Below, one piece after another: positions 1-13,634 of a DNA stretch of 64,000 bases. Source of the DNA: Eledone cirrhosa (taxonomy: Eukaryota); the NCBI GenBank assembly GCA_964016885.1, contig OZ024765.1, positions 3,906,001 to 3,970,000 on the forward strand, in the 5' to 3' direction. Position numbers and translations under genes: made by a program. Positions within the stretch are counted from its first letter, which is position 1. Each line of letters begins with the position of its first letter. The notes under the pieces were generated by a model that worked only from the letters and a program-made list of their open reading frames with translations, had not been told where the DNA came from and did not search any database.

Positions 1-910
1 TATATACTATTGTATTTTCACAGTAAAGGCTTTACCTCACATAACATTTACATTACTCTATATATACTATTGTATTTTCATAGTAAAGGCTTTACCTCAC
101 ATAACATTTACATTACTTTATATATACTATTGTATTTTCACAGTAAAGGCTTTACCTCACATAACATTTACATTACTCTATATATACTATTGTATTTTCA
201 CAGTAAAGGCTTTACCTCACATAACATTTACATTACTCTATATATACTATTGTATTGTCACAGTAAAGGCTTTACCTCACATAATACCTCACATAACATT
301 TACATTACTCTATATATACTATTGTATTTTCACAGTAAAGGCTTTACCTCACATAGCATTTACATTACTCTATATATACTATTGTATTTTCACAGTAAAG
401 GCTTTACCTCACATAACATTTACATTACTCTCTATATACTATTGTATTTTCATAGTAAAGGCTTTACCTCACATAACATTTACATTACTCTATATATACT
501 ATTGTATTTTCACAGTAAAGGCTTTACCTCACATAATATCTCACATAACATTTACATTACTCTCTATATACTATTGTATTTTCATAGTAAAGGCTTTACC
601 TCACATAACATTTACATTACTCTATATATACTATTGTATTTTCACAGTAAAGGCTTTACCTCACATAACATTTACATTACTCTATATATACTATTGTATT
701 TTCACAGTAAAGGCTTTACCTCACATAACATTTACATTACTCGATATATACTATTGTATTTTCTCAGTAAAGGCTTTACCTCACATAATATCGAATCTAT
801 GAGATTTTGATATTATTTATATTGAGAACAATACCTTAACATAAGTATGAGTGGCCGGTTAGAGCCGGTTTGAACAGAAGGAGGTGAGAGAATTCTGGTC
901 AGATATGCTT
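1..910 (+). mobile_element. Copy of the same MITE with an expanded 60/72-bp internal tandem array (array about 1-790)
   Basis: Unit catttacattactctatatatactattgtattttcacagtaaaggctttacctcacataa, followed by the MITE body. Confidence 0.8.
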
Positions 911-948
911 GAATGACTGAAACCAGGTAAAACGACATATCAACTTAC

Positions 949-1039
949 CTGAGCAAATATTTTATACATCGGTTCCAGAATGAATTCCACAAAACTTCTC
1001 TGTGAGGTACTGTGGGGTGGTTTCTTGGTGAATCGTCGA
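949..1039 (-). CDS. EFTUD2: EFTUD2 coding exon 13 ([30 protein letters not shown]); gene continues beyond window
   Basis: [10 protein letters not shown] motif; tag/gtaagt; 91 nt. Confidence 0.95.
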
Positions 1040-1830
1040 CTAAAGAGAGAGAATGGAGACATCAGGGTAAGGTATAGCATGGATATATATATATATATAT
1101 ATTAATTCCAAATATTAATAAATATAGACATTCATGTGATCAAATATATTTTATTATATATATTTCAGAGGTACTGTGCTGTTTCCTCAGATGAAGTGTC
1201 TTGCTCAAGGAAACAACACATCACCCGGTCTGAGAATTGAACTCCCAACCTTTCGATTGCAAGGCCAATGCTCTAACCACTAAGCCATGCGCCTTCAATA
1301 TATATATATATATATATACACATGTGAGTTCGATTCCTGAACCAGGCGATGCGTTATGTCTTTGAGCAAGACACTTTATTTCACGTTGCTCCTTCTACCT
1401 GGAGTTGCGACCGATAGATAGTATTAGCAATTGGAAAGACCAACGGAAACATAGTTTCCTCGGTCCGATTTGACGAAAGTCGATCGACTAGAATATATAC
1501 ACATACACACATACGCACACACATATATACACACACACACACACATGTATATATATACATACTCAGACTCAGAAACTCCCGCTTCCTGCGATGCATGAGG
1601 CAATCATAGTGTTCCACCGCGTTGGTCAGCAGCCAGTTGCACAGCGTCCCGCCATTGTCTGTTTGTCGCTCGCAGGTCCCTCTCAACTGTCTGGCGCCAG
1701 TTCATTTTGGGTCGCCCTCTCCGTCTGCTTCCCTGTGGGTTCCATTTAAGTACTTGGTTCGCCAGTCTCTCCGTATATACATACACACACACACATATAT
1801 ATATACACACACATACATATATATATATAT

Positions 1831-1877
<47 letters not shown>

Positions 1878-1879
1878 TA

Positions 1880-2545
1880 CATCATCATCATCATCATCAT
1901 CAACGTTTAACGTCCGTGTTCCACGCTTGCATGGGTTTGGACGGGGGTAGTCCCACTTGAGGCAAGAGTGATTGTCTTGCTCGCATAGGACTGTCTGGCA
2001 GGTTTTCTACAGTTGGATGCCCTTCCTAACACCAACCACATTTACAGTGTGGGTCTGGGAGGTTTTTACCGTGTTGCCTACACGGCCACATTACAGCGTG
2101 GACTGTGTGTTTTTTTGTCGTGACACCTACACGATCTCATTTGTTTCGGCCTCGATGGCGCGGCACCAACATAACTTTACATAGAACGGGGTGGTGTGGA
2201 TCGGGTGGGGGTGGGGGTGGTGGGACGGGGTGTATTTTGTTAGAGATGCCTACTGGCTGGAGTAGGTTTTACTATATATTTAGGTAAGGCGGGTCTTCTC
2301 TGTTACTGAGTACCGCCAAAGGTCTCGGTCCAGTGACATTGTCTTGGAGAGGTGTAAGTGTGTGATGTCGGAGTTTATCAGCTCGTCCCAGGTTTTTCTA
2401 GGTCTGCCTACTCCGTGACTACCGTCTATCTTTATTGCCCTGCACTTTGTTATACAGCTATCGACTTTCATGCGCATCACGTGTCCATACCAACGTAGCC
2501 TTCTCTCGAGTAGACAACATCTGATCCCTCTTATCTCTAATTTAT
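1880..2545 (-). mobile_element. RTE-clade LINE 3' end with 3' UTR and (TGA)n tail
   Basis: ORF end GRPRKTWDELINSD...DRDLWRYSV; near-identical copy at 35603-36155. Confidence 0.8.
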
Positions 2546-2610
2546 TCCTTAGTTCGTTTATGCTTTATATATATATATATATACACATACATACATATAT
2601 ATATATATAT

Positions 2611-2785
<175 letters not shown>

Positions 2786-2903
2786 TACATATAGAGAGAA
2801 CGGGAGGGAAGGAGATGAAATTCAAGGTATAAGGTGTAGGTGGTGGTGGAGAGGGTGAACATGGTGTTTGTGAAAATGGTAGGAAAAGAGATAAAATACT
2901 TAC

Positions 2904-2967
2904 GTCTTGCTGTTGAAATAAATGTCACCCCAAAGACGACGAGCAAATTCTTTGATGTTGATACCAC
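2904..2967 (-). CDS. EFTUD2: EFTUD2 coding exon 12 (GGINIKEFARRLWGDIYFNSKT)
   Basis: RLWGDIYF motif; cag/gtaagt; 64 nt. Confidence 0.95.
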
Positions 2968-3055
2968 CTGGAAATTAAGGGAGAATATAAGGATTATATA
3001 TACATATGTACATATACACACAGACTTAGATATATACATACAAACACTCATACAC

Positions 3056-3087
<32 letters not shown>

Positions 3088-3664
3088 ATATACACTCAGA
3101 CATATATAAATATATATACAAACACACATACATATATATATATATATATACACATACATATACTCAGACTTATATATAAATACAAACACACATACATATA
3201 TATATATACACACATATGTACACGCACACACACACATAGACTACAGATATAAACTCATATATATACACATACATATACACACAGACTTATATATAAATAC
3301 AAACACACATACGTATATATATATATATATATATATACACACAGACATATATAAATACAAACACACATACATATATATACGCTCACACACATAGACTACA
3401 TATATAAACTCATATATATATATATATACACACACATATGTACATATACATATGTATGTATGGGTTATATCGAACATTAATAATAATGTCTATGTATATG
3501 TGTGTGTGTGTGTATGTATATATATACAGATATATATATATATATATATATGTGTGTGTATGTATGCATACTTACTTTTATGTATCAGCTGTGATAGAGC
3601 GAGAAATAAAATCTTATATTATATATATATATATATACACACTCACATATATATATGTATATAT

Positions 3665-4058
3665 GAAGGCACTTGGCTTAGTGGTTAGAGCATTGGGCTT
3701 GCAATCGAAAGGTTGTGAGTTCAATTCTCAGACCGGGTGATGTGTTGTTTCCTTGAGCAAGACACTTTATTTCACATTGCTCCAGTTTACTCAGCTGTAG
3801 AAATGAGATGATAGGGACTGGGGTCCCTATCATTCCACTGCAAAGTGGTCGTGGAGGTGCCACGGCAAAAAAGCACCCAGCACTCACTGTAAATGAGGTT
3901 GGTGTTAGGAAGGGCATCCAGCTGTAGAAATCAAGCCATAATCAGTTCCCGTATGAGCAAGACAAGGTCAGCCGACCGGACACTGCCCACAACAGGACAA
4001 CCCGTCTAACCCATGCTAGCGTGGAAGAACGGACGTAAAATGGTGATGATGATGATGA
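3665..4058 (+). mobile_element. Full-length tRNA-derived SINE with RTE-type tail
   Basis: A box tggcttagtgg, B box gagttcaattc, central ccttgagcaagacactt and ggaagggcatccagc blocks, (TGA)n tail; copies at 4488-4815, 15363-15687(-), 17915-18261(-), 35262-35540(-), 54087-54420(-), 56568-56865. Confidence 0.85.
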
Positions 4059-4161
4059 TATATATACACATACACACACACATATATTTGAAAATATGAC
4101 CTAAAGATTGTTAGCCGAAGCCCCTAACTAACCTCTAAGCCACACAGGTTCCCCAACTTAC

Positions 4162-4289
4162 CATATGTATCAGCGTAGATCTTTGCAAAGGACTTCAAAG
4201 TAAAACAGTATCTGTAGTAGGAGCTGGCAAAACACACATTCCCAAGGATTGGAGACACCATATGGTTCTCGGAGTCATCTGTGTACATA
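4162..4289 (-). CDS. EFTUD2: EFTUD2 coding exon 11 ([23 protein letters not shown]...FAKIYADTY)
   Basis: SPxLGNVCF motif; cag/gtaagt; 128 nt. Confidence 0.95.
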
Positions 4290-4830
4290 CTGAAATATAA
4301 TTAATATATAAATAATTAGCATGTCGTTAGAAAGTAAAAATTAAAAGTTGATTGACATGTATATAGAAAGACATGAAGTTTTCGTTAAATTTTAATGATG
4401 CCTCTGTAACTGTCTAACCCATGCTAGCGTGGAAGGTAGATGTTAAACGAATGATGATGATGTAACTACGTATTCTTGTACTCTTTAGAGGCACATGGCT
4501 TAGTGGTTAGAGCATTGGCCTTGCAATCGAAAGGTTGTGAGTTCAATTCTCAGGCCGGGTGTTGTGTACTTGAGCAAGACACTTTATTTCACATTGCTCC
4601 AGTTTACTCAGCTGTACAAATGAGATGATAGGGACTGGGGTCTCTATCATTCCACTGCAAAAATGCACCCAGCACTCACTGTAAATGAGGTTGGTGTTAG
4701 GAAGGGCATCCAGCTGTAGAAATCAAGCCAGAATCAGTTCCCGTCCCACCCTTGCAAGCAGGGAAAAAGCGGACGTAAAATGAAATGAAATAATGAAATG
4801 AAATGATGAAATGATATACATATGTATTAC

Positions 4831-4997
4831 CTTATAATGGTGTTGACTTCCTCCAAGATGTGACGCAGCTTATAATAGGAATCTGTAGGGGGTAGTTTCA
4901 ATTCCTGCATCAATCGGTCAATTTTGTTGATACAGACACAGACAGAAAGCCTTTCTTGTACGGCATGTTTGAGAAGTCTCTCTGTATTCAGCATCAC
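4831..4997 (-). CDS. EFTUD2: EFTUD2 coding exon 10 ([15 protein letters not shown]...INKIDRL...; G4)
   Basis: NKID G4 motif and LKLPPTD; cag/gtaata; 167 nt. Confidence 0.96.
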
Positions 4998-5736
4998 CTG
5001 AAACATAGGAAACAAATATTCATCATGGCTGACTGAACACATATGGGCTTTTCTCCCAACACACATCATCATCATATGTCCGCTTTTCCCTGCTTGCAAG
5101 GGTGGGGCGGGTCCTATTCAGCACAGCATCTCTCCACTTGTCACGGTCCTTCGTCATCTCCCCCATGAGCTTCAGCGATCTGAGGTCTGTTCTCACCACC
5201 TCCGCCCATGTTTTTCGTGGTCTACCTCTATCACGTCTTCCTTCAACTGGCATATATATTAGCAGTCAATCGACTTTTCGTCAAATCGGACCAAGGAAAC
5301 AATGTTTCCGTTGGTCTTTCCAATTGTTAATACTGTCTATCGGTCGCAACTCCAGGTAGAAGGAGCAACGTGAAATAAAGAGTCTTGCTCAAGGACATAA
5401 CGCATCGCCCGGTCCAGGAATTGAACTTACAACCTCACGATTGCGAATCCAATTCTCTAACCACTCAGCCACACATATATATATATATGCATATAAACCC
5501 GTCTAACCCATGCTAGCATGGAAGATAGACGTTAAACGATGATGATGATATATATATCTCCTCTCAGCTCACAGAGGAGATGACGAGGGACCGTGACGAA
5601 TGGAGAGATGCTGTGCTGAAGAAGATCCGTCCCATCCTTTCAGGCAGGGAAAAGCGGATGTAAATGATGATGATGATATATATATATATATATATACATA
5701 CATGTAAAATTCCGTTATAATGATGTTTTCAGTATG

Positions 5737-8700
5737 ATGAAAGGGTTAAAGACATAGACAGTGTCTTTCATTAGAAATATGGTAATGAAAGGGTTAAAGA
5801 CATAGACAGTGTCTTACATTAGAAATATGGTATTGAAAGGGTTAATGACATAGACAGTGTCTTACATTAGAAATATGGTATTGAAAGGGTTAAAGACATA
5901 GACTGTCTTTCATTAGAAATATGGTAATGAAAGGGTTAATGACATAGACAGTGTTTTTCATTAGAAATATGGTAATGAAAGGGTTAATGACATAGACAGT
6001 GTCTTTCATTAGAAATATGGTAATGAAAGGGTTAAAGACAGACAGTGTCTTTCATGAGAAATATGGTGATGAAAGGGTTAATGACATAGACAGTGTCTTT
6101 CATTAGAAATATGGTAATGAAAGGGTTAAAGACATAGACAGTGTCTTTCATTAGAAATATGGTAATGAAAGGGTTAAAGACATAGACAGTGTCTTTCATT
6201 AGAAATATGGTGATGAAAGGGTTAATGACATAGACAGTGTCTTTCATTAGAAATATGGTAATGAAAGGGTTAAAGACATAGACAGTGTCTTTCATTAGAA
6301 ATATGGTAATGAAAGGGTTAAAGACATAGACAGTGTCTTTCATGAGAAATATGGTGATGAAAGGGTTAATGACATAGACAGTGTCTTTCATTAGAAATAT
6401 GGTAATGAAAGGGTTAAAGACATAGACAGTGTCTTTCATTAGAAATATGGTAATGAAAGGGTTAAAGACATAGACAGTGTCTTTCATTAGAAATATGGTG
6501 ATGAAAGGGTTAATGACATAGACAGTGTCTTTCATTAGAAATATGGTAATGAAAGGGTTAAAGACATAGACAGTGTCTTTCATTAGAAATATGGTATTGA
6601 AAGGGTTAAAGACATAGACAGTGTCTTTCATTAGAAATATGGTAATGAAAGGGTTAAAGACATAGGCAGTGTCTTTCATTAGAAATATGGTAATGAAAGG
6701 GTTAAAGACATAGACAGTGTCTTTCATTAGAAATATGGTGATGAAAGGGTTAATGACATAGACAGTGTCTTTCATTAGAAATATGGTAATGAAAGGGTTA
6801 AAGACATAGACAGTGTCTTTCATTAGAAATATGGTATTGAAAGGGTTAAAGACATAGACAGTGTCTTTCATTAGAAATATGGTAATGAAAGGGTTAAAGA
6901 CATAGGCAGTGTCTTTCATTAGAAATATGGTAATGAAAGGGTTAAAGACATAGACAGTGTCTTTCATTAGAAATATGGTGATGAAAGGGTTAATGACATA
7001 GACAGTGTCTTTCATTAGAAATATGGTAATGAAAGGGTTAAAGACATAGACAGTGTCTTTCATTAGAAATATGGTATTGAAAGGGTTAAAGACATAGACA
7101 GTGTCTTTCATTAGAAATATGGTAATGAAAGGGTTAAAGACATAGACAGTGTCTTTCATTAGAAATATGGTAATGAAAGGGTTAAAGACATAGGCAGTGT
7201 CTTTCATTAGAAATATGGTAATGAAAGGGTTAAAGACATAGACAGTGTCTTTCATTAGAAATATGGTAATGAAAGGGTTAAAGACATAGGCAGTGTCTTT
7301 CATTAGATATATGGTAATGAAAGGGTTAATGACATAGACAGTGTCTTTCATTAGAAATATGGTAATGAAAGGGTTAAAGACACAGACAGTGTCTTTCATT
7401 AGAAATATGGTATTGAAAGGGTTAAAGACATAGACAGTGTCTTTCATTAGAAATATGGTAATGAAAGGGTTAAAGACATAGGCAGTGTCTTTCATTAGAA
7501 ATATGGTAATGAAAGGGTTAAAGACATAGACAGTGTCTTTCATTAGAAATATGGTGATGAAAGGGTTAATGACATAGACAGTGTCTTTCATTAGAAATAT
7601 GGTAATGAAAGGGTTAAAGACATAGACAGTGTCTTTCATTAGAAATATGGTATTGAAAGGGTTAAAGACATAGACAGTGTCTTTCATTAGAAATATGGTA
7701 ATGAAAGGGTTAAAGACATAGACAGTGTCTTTCATTAGAAATATGGTAATGAAAGGGTTAAAGACATAGACAGTGTCTTTCATTAGAAATATGGTAATGA
7801 AAGGGTTAAAGACATAGACAGTGTCTTTCATTAGAAATATGGTAATGAAAGGGTTAAAGACATAGACAGTGTCTTTCATTAGAAATATGGTAATGAAAGG
7901 GTTAAAGACATAGACAGTGTCTTTCATTAGAAATATGGTGATGAAAGGGTTAATGACATAGACAGTGTCTTTCATTAGAAATATGGTAATGAAAGGGTTA
8001 AAGACATAGACAGTGTCTTTCATGAGAAATATGGTGATGAAAGGGTTAATGACATAGACAGTGTCTTTCATTAGAAATATGGTAATGAAAGGGTTAAAGA
8101 CATAGACAGTGTCTTTCATTAGAAATATGGTAATGAAAGGGTTAAAGACATAGACAGTGTCTTTCATTAGAAATATGGTGATGAAAGGGTTAATGACATA
8201 GACAGTGTCTTTCATTAGAAATATGGTAATGAAAGGGTTAAAGACATAGACAGTGTCTTTCATTAGAAATATGGTATTGAAAGGGTTAAAGACATAGACA
8301 GTGTCTTTCATTAGAAATATGGTAATGAAAGGGTTAAAGACATAGGCAGTGTCTTTCATTAGAAATATGGTAATGAAAGGGTTAAAGACATAGACAGTGT
8401 CTTTCATTAGAAATATGGTGATGAAAGGGTTAATGACATAGACAGTGTCTTTCATTAGAAATATGGTATTGAAAGGGTTAAAGACATAGACAGTGTCTTT
8501 CATTAGAAATATGGTAATGAAAGGGTTAAAGACATAGGCAGTGTCTTTCATTAGAAATATGGTAATGAAAGGGTTAAAGACATAGACAGTGTCTTTCATT
8601 AGAAATATGGTGATGAAAGGGTTAATGACATAGACAGTGTCTTTCATTAGAAATATGGTAATGAAAGGGTTAAAGACATAGACAGTGTCTTTCATTAGAA

Positions 8701-11700
8701 ATATGGTATTGAAAGGGTTAAAGACATAGACAGTGTCTTTCATTAGAAATATGGTAATGAAAGGGTTAAAGACATAGACAGTGTCTTTCATTAGAAATAT
8801 GGTAATGAAAGGGTTAAAGACATAGGCAGTGTCTTTCATTAGAAATATGGTAATGAAAGGGTTAAAGACATAGACAGTGTCTTTCATTAGAAATATGGTA
8901 ATGAAAGGGTTAAAGACATAGGCAGTGTCTTTCATTAGATATATGGTAATGAAAGGGTTAATGACATAGACAGTGTCTTTCATTAGAAATATGGTATTGA
9001 AAGGGTTAAAGACATAGACAGTGTCTTTCATTAGAAATATGGTAATGAAAGGGTTAAAGACATAGACAGTGTCTTTCATTAGAAATATGGTATTGAAAGG
9101 GTTAAAGACATAGACAGTGTCTTTCATTAGAAATATGGTATTGAAAGGGTTAAAGACATAGACAGTGTCTTTCATTAGAAATATGGTATTGAAAGGGTTA
9201 AAGACATAGACAGTGTCTTTCATTAGAAATATGGTAATGAAAGGGTTAAAGACATAGACAGTGTCTTTCATTAGAAATATGGTAATGAAAGGGTTAAAGA
9301 CATAGACAGTGTCTTTCATTAGAAATATGGTAATGAAAGGGTTAAAGACATAGACAGTGTCTTTCATTAGAAATATGGTAATGAAAGGGTTAAAGACATA
9401 GGCAGTGTCTTTCATTAGAAATATGGTAATGAAAGGGTTAAAGACATAGACAGTGTCTTTCATTAGAAATATGGTAATGAAAGGGTTAAAGACATAGGCA
9501 GTGTCTTTCATTAGATATATGGTAATGAAAGGGTTAATGACATAGACAGTGTCTTTCATTAGAAATATGGTATTGAAAGGGTTAAAGACATAGACAGTGT
9601 CTTTCATTAGAAATATGGTATTGAAAGGGTTAAAGACATAGACAGTGTCTTTCATTAGAAATATGGTAATGAAAGGGTTAAAGACATAGGCAGTGTCTTT
9701 CATTAGAAATATGGTAATGAAAGGGTTAAAGACATAGACAGTGTCTTTCATTAGAAATATGGTAATGAAAGGGTTAAAGACATAGGCAGTGTCTTTCATT
9801 AGATATATGGTATTGAAAGGGTTAAAGACATAGACAGTGTCTTTCATTAGAAATATGGTAATGAAAGGGTTAAAGACATAGACAGTGTCTTTCATTAGAA
9901 ATATGGTAATGAAAGGGTTAAAGACATAGACAGTGTCTTTCATTAGAAATATGGTATTGAAAGGGTTAAAGACATAGACAGTGTCTTTCATTAGAAATAT
10001 GGTATTGAAAGGGTTAAAGACATAGACAGTGTCTTTCATTAGAAATATGGTATTGAAAGGGTTAAAGACATAGACAGTGTCTTTCATTAGAAATATGGTA
10101 TTGAAAGGGTTAAAGACATAGACAGTGTCTTTCATTAGAAATATGGTATTGAAAGGGTTAAAGACATAGACAGTGTCTTTCATTAGAAATATGGTAATGA
10201 AAGGGTTAAAGACATAGACAGTGTCTTTCATTAGAAATATGGTATTGAAAGGGTTAAAGACATAGACAGTGTCTTTCATTAGAAATATGGTATTGAAAGG
10301 GTTAAAGACATAGACAGTGTCTTTCATTAGAAATATGGTATTGAAAGGGTTAAAGACATAGACAGTGTCTTTCATTAGAAATATGGTAATGAAAGGGTTA
10401 AAGACATAGACAGTGTCTTTCATTAGAAATATGGTAATGAAAGGGTTAAAGACATAGACAGTGTCTTTCATTAGAAATATGGTAATGAAAGGGTTAAAGA
10501 CATAGACAGTGTCTTTCATTAGAAATATGGTAATGAAAGGGTTAAAGACATAGACAGTGTCTTTCATTAGAAATATGGTAATGAAAGGGTTAAAGACATA
10601 GACAGTGTCTTTCATTAGAAATATGGTAATGAAAGGGTTAAAGACATAGACAGTGTCTTTCATTAGAAATATGGTAATGAAAGGGTTAAAGACATAGACA
10701 GTGTCTTTCATTAGAAATATGGTAATGAAAGGGTTAAAGACATAGACAGTGTCTTTCATTAGAAATATGGTAATGAAAGGGTTAAAGACATAGACAGTGT
10801 CTTTCATTAGAAATATGGTATTGAAAGGGTTAAAGACATAGACAGTGTCTTTCATTAGAAATATGGTAATGAAAGGGTTAAAGACATAGACAGTGTCTTT
10901 CATTAGAAATATGGTATTGAAAGGGTTAAAGACATAGACAGTGTCTTTCATTAGAAATATGGTAATGAAAGGGTTAAAGACATAGACAGTGTCTTTCATT
11001 AGAAATATGGTATTGAAAGGGTTAAAGACATAGACAGTGTCTTTCATTAGAAATATGGTAATGAAAGGGTTAAAGACATAGACAGTGTCTTTCATTAGAA
11101 ATATGGTAATGAAAGGGTTAAAGACATAGACAGTGTCTTTCATTAGAAATATGGTAATGAAAGGGTTAAAGACATAGACAGTGTCTTTCATTAGAAATAT
11201 GGTAATGAAAGGGTTAAAGACATAGACAGTGTCTTTCATTAGAAATATGGTAATGAAAGGGTTAAAGACATAGACAGTGTCTTTCATTAGAAATATGGTA
11301 ATGAAAGGGTTAAAGACATAGACAGTGTCTTTCATTAGAAATATGGTAATGAAAGGGTTAAAGACATAGACAGTGTCTTTCATTAGAAATATGGTATTGA
11401 AAGGGTTAAAGACATAGACAGTGTCTTTCATTAGAAATATGGTAATGAAAGGGTTAAAGACATAGACAGTGTCTTTCATTAGAAATATGGTAATGAAAGG
11501 GTTAAAGACATAGACAGTGTCTTTCATTAGAAATATGGTAATGAAAGGGTTAAAGACATAGACAGTGTCTTTCATTAGAAATATGGTAATGAAAGGGTTA
11601 AAGACATAGACAGTGTCTTTCATTAGAAATATGGTAATGAAAGGGTTAAAGACATAGACAGTGTCTTTCATTAGAAATATGGTATTGAAAGGGTTAAAGA

Positions 11701-13469
11701 CATAGACAGTGTCTTTCATTAGAAATATGGTAATGAAAGGGTTAAAGACATAGACAGTGTCTTTCATTAGAAATATGGTATTGAAAGGGTTAAAGACATA
11801 GACAGTGTCTTTCATTAGAAATATGGTAATGAAAGGGTTAAAGACATAGACAGTGTCTTTCATTAGAAATATGGTAATGAAAGGGTTAAAGACATAGACA
11901 GTGTCTTTCATTAGAAATATGGTAATGAAAGGGTTAAAGACATAGACAGTGTCTTTCATTAGAAATATGGTAATGAAAGGGTTAAAGACATAGACAGTGT
12001 CTTTCATTAGAAATATGGTAATGAAAGGGTTAAAGACATAGACAGTGTCTTTCATTAGAAATATGGTAATGAAAGGGTTAAAGACATAGACAGTGTCTTT
12101 CATTAGAAATATGGTATTGAAAGGGTTAAAGACATAGACAGTGTCTTTCATTAGATATATGGTAATGAAAGGGTTAAAGACATAGACAGTGTCTTTCATT
12201 AGATATATGGTAATGAAAGGGTTAAAGACATAGACAGTGTCTTTCATTAGAAATATGGTAATGAAAGGGTTAAAGACATAGACAGTGTCTTACATTAGAA
12301 ATATGGTGATGAAAGGGTTAAAGACATAGACAGTGTCTTACATTAGAAATATGGTAATGAAAGGGTTAAAGACATAGACAGTGTCTTTCATTAGAAATAT
12401 GGTAATGAAAGGGTTAAAGATATAGACTGTCTTTCATTAGAAATATGGTAATGAAAGGGTTAAAGACATAGACAGTGTCTTTCATTAGAAATATGGTAAT
12501 GGAAGGGTTAAAGACATAGACAGTGTCTTTCATTAGAAATATGGTAATGGAAGGGTTAAAGACATAGACAGTGTCTTTCATTAGAAATATGGTAATGGAA
12601 GGGTTAAAGACATAGACAGTGTCTTTCATTAGAAATATGGTAATGAAAGGGTTAAAGACATAGACAGTGTCTTTCATTAGAAATATGGTAATGGAAGGGT
12701 TAAAGACATAGACAGTGTCTTTCATTAGAAATATGGTAATGGAAGGGTTAAAGACATAGACAGTGTCTTTCATTAGAAATATGGTAATGGAAGGGTTAAA
12801 GACATAGACAGTGTCTTTCATTAGAAATATGGTAATGGAAGGGTTAAAGACATAGACAGTGTCTTTCATTAGAAATATGGTAATGAAAGGGTTAAAGACA
12901 TAGACAGTGTCTTTCATTAGAAATATGGTAATGGAAGGGTTAAAGACATAGACAGTGTCTTTCATTAGAAATATGGTAATGGAAGGGTTAAAGACATAGA
13001 CAGTGTCTTTCATTAGAAATATGGTAATGGAAGGGTTAAAGACATAGACAGTGTCTTTCATTAGAAATATGGTAATGGAAGGGTTAAAGACATAGACAGT
13101 GTCTTTCATTAGAAATATGGTAATGGAAGGGTTAAAGACATAGACAGTGTCTTTCATTAGAAATATGGTAATGGAAGGGTTAAAGACATAGACAGTGTCT
13201 TTCATTAGAAATATGGTAATGGAAGGGTTAAAGACATAGACAGTGTCTTTCATTAGAAATATGGTAATGGAAGGGTTAAAGACATAGACAGTGTCTTTCA
13301 TTAGAAATATGGTAATGGAAGGGTTAAAGACATAGACAGTGTCTTTCATTAGAAATATGGTAATGAAAGGGTTAAAGACATAGACAGTGTCTTTCATTAG
13401 AAATATGGTAATGAAAGGGTTAAAGACATAGACAGTGTCTTTCATTAGAAATATGGTAATGAAAGGGTT
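5737..13469. repeat. 7.7-kb satellite, 48-bp unit, about 160 copies, inside an EFTUD2 intron
   Basis: Unit gaaagggttaaagacatagacagtgtctttcattagaaatatggtaat; source of the spurious 2071-aa and 343-aa ORFs. Confidence 0.98.
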
Positions 13470-13518
13470 CAGCTAACAATAAGATATGCACCCCTCCTCC
13501 CTTGAATAATTCACTTAC

Positions 13519-13601
13519 TCCTTCGGCTGCATCAATGAAGATAACAGCTCCATCACTGAGTCGGAATGCAGAAGACACTTCATCGGAGAAATTCACATGA
13601 C
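13519..13601 (-). CDS. EFTUD2: EFTUD2 coding exon 9 ([28 protein letters not shown])
   Basis: cag/gtaagt; 83 nt. Confidence 0.96.
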
Positions 13602-13634
13602 CTGGCAAAATAAAGAATAAACTTATATGCATAT

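Noticed and set aside
1150-1195. Minus-strand hammerhead-like CTGAGGA...GAAATATATATA
   Set aside because: Stems I and II do not pair convincingly; at most a decayed relic of the same class
3665-3740. tRNA-Cys-like gene (GCA loop)
   Set aside because: Head of a multi-copy SINE that continues into SINE body and tail
6032-13445. 2071-aa and 343-aa ORFs of ([16 protein letters not shown])n
   Set aside because: Stop-free frame of a 48-bp satellite inside an EFTUD2 intron; the exons on either side join in frame without it
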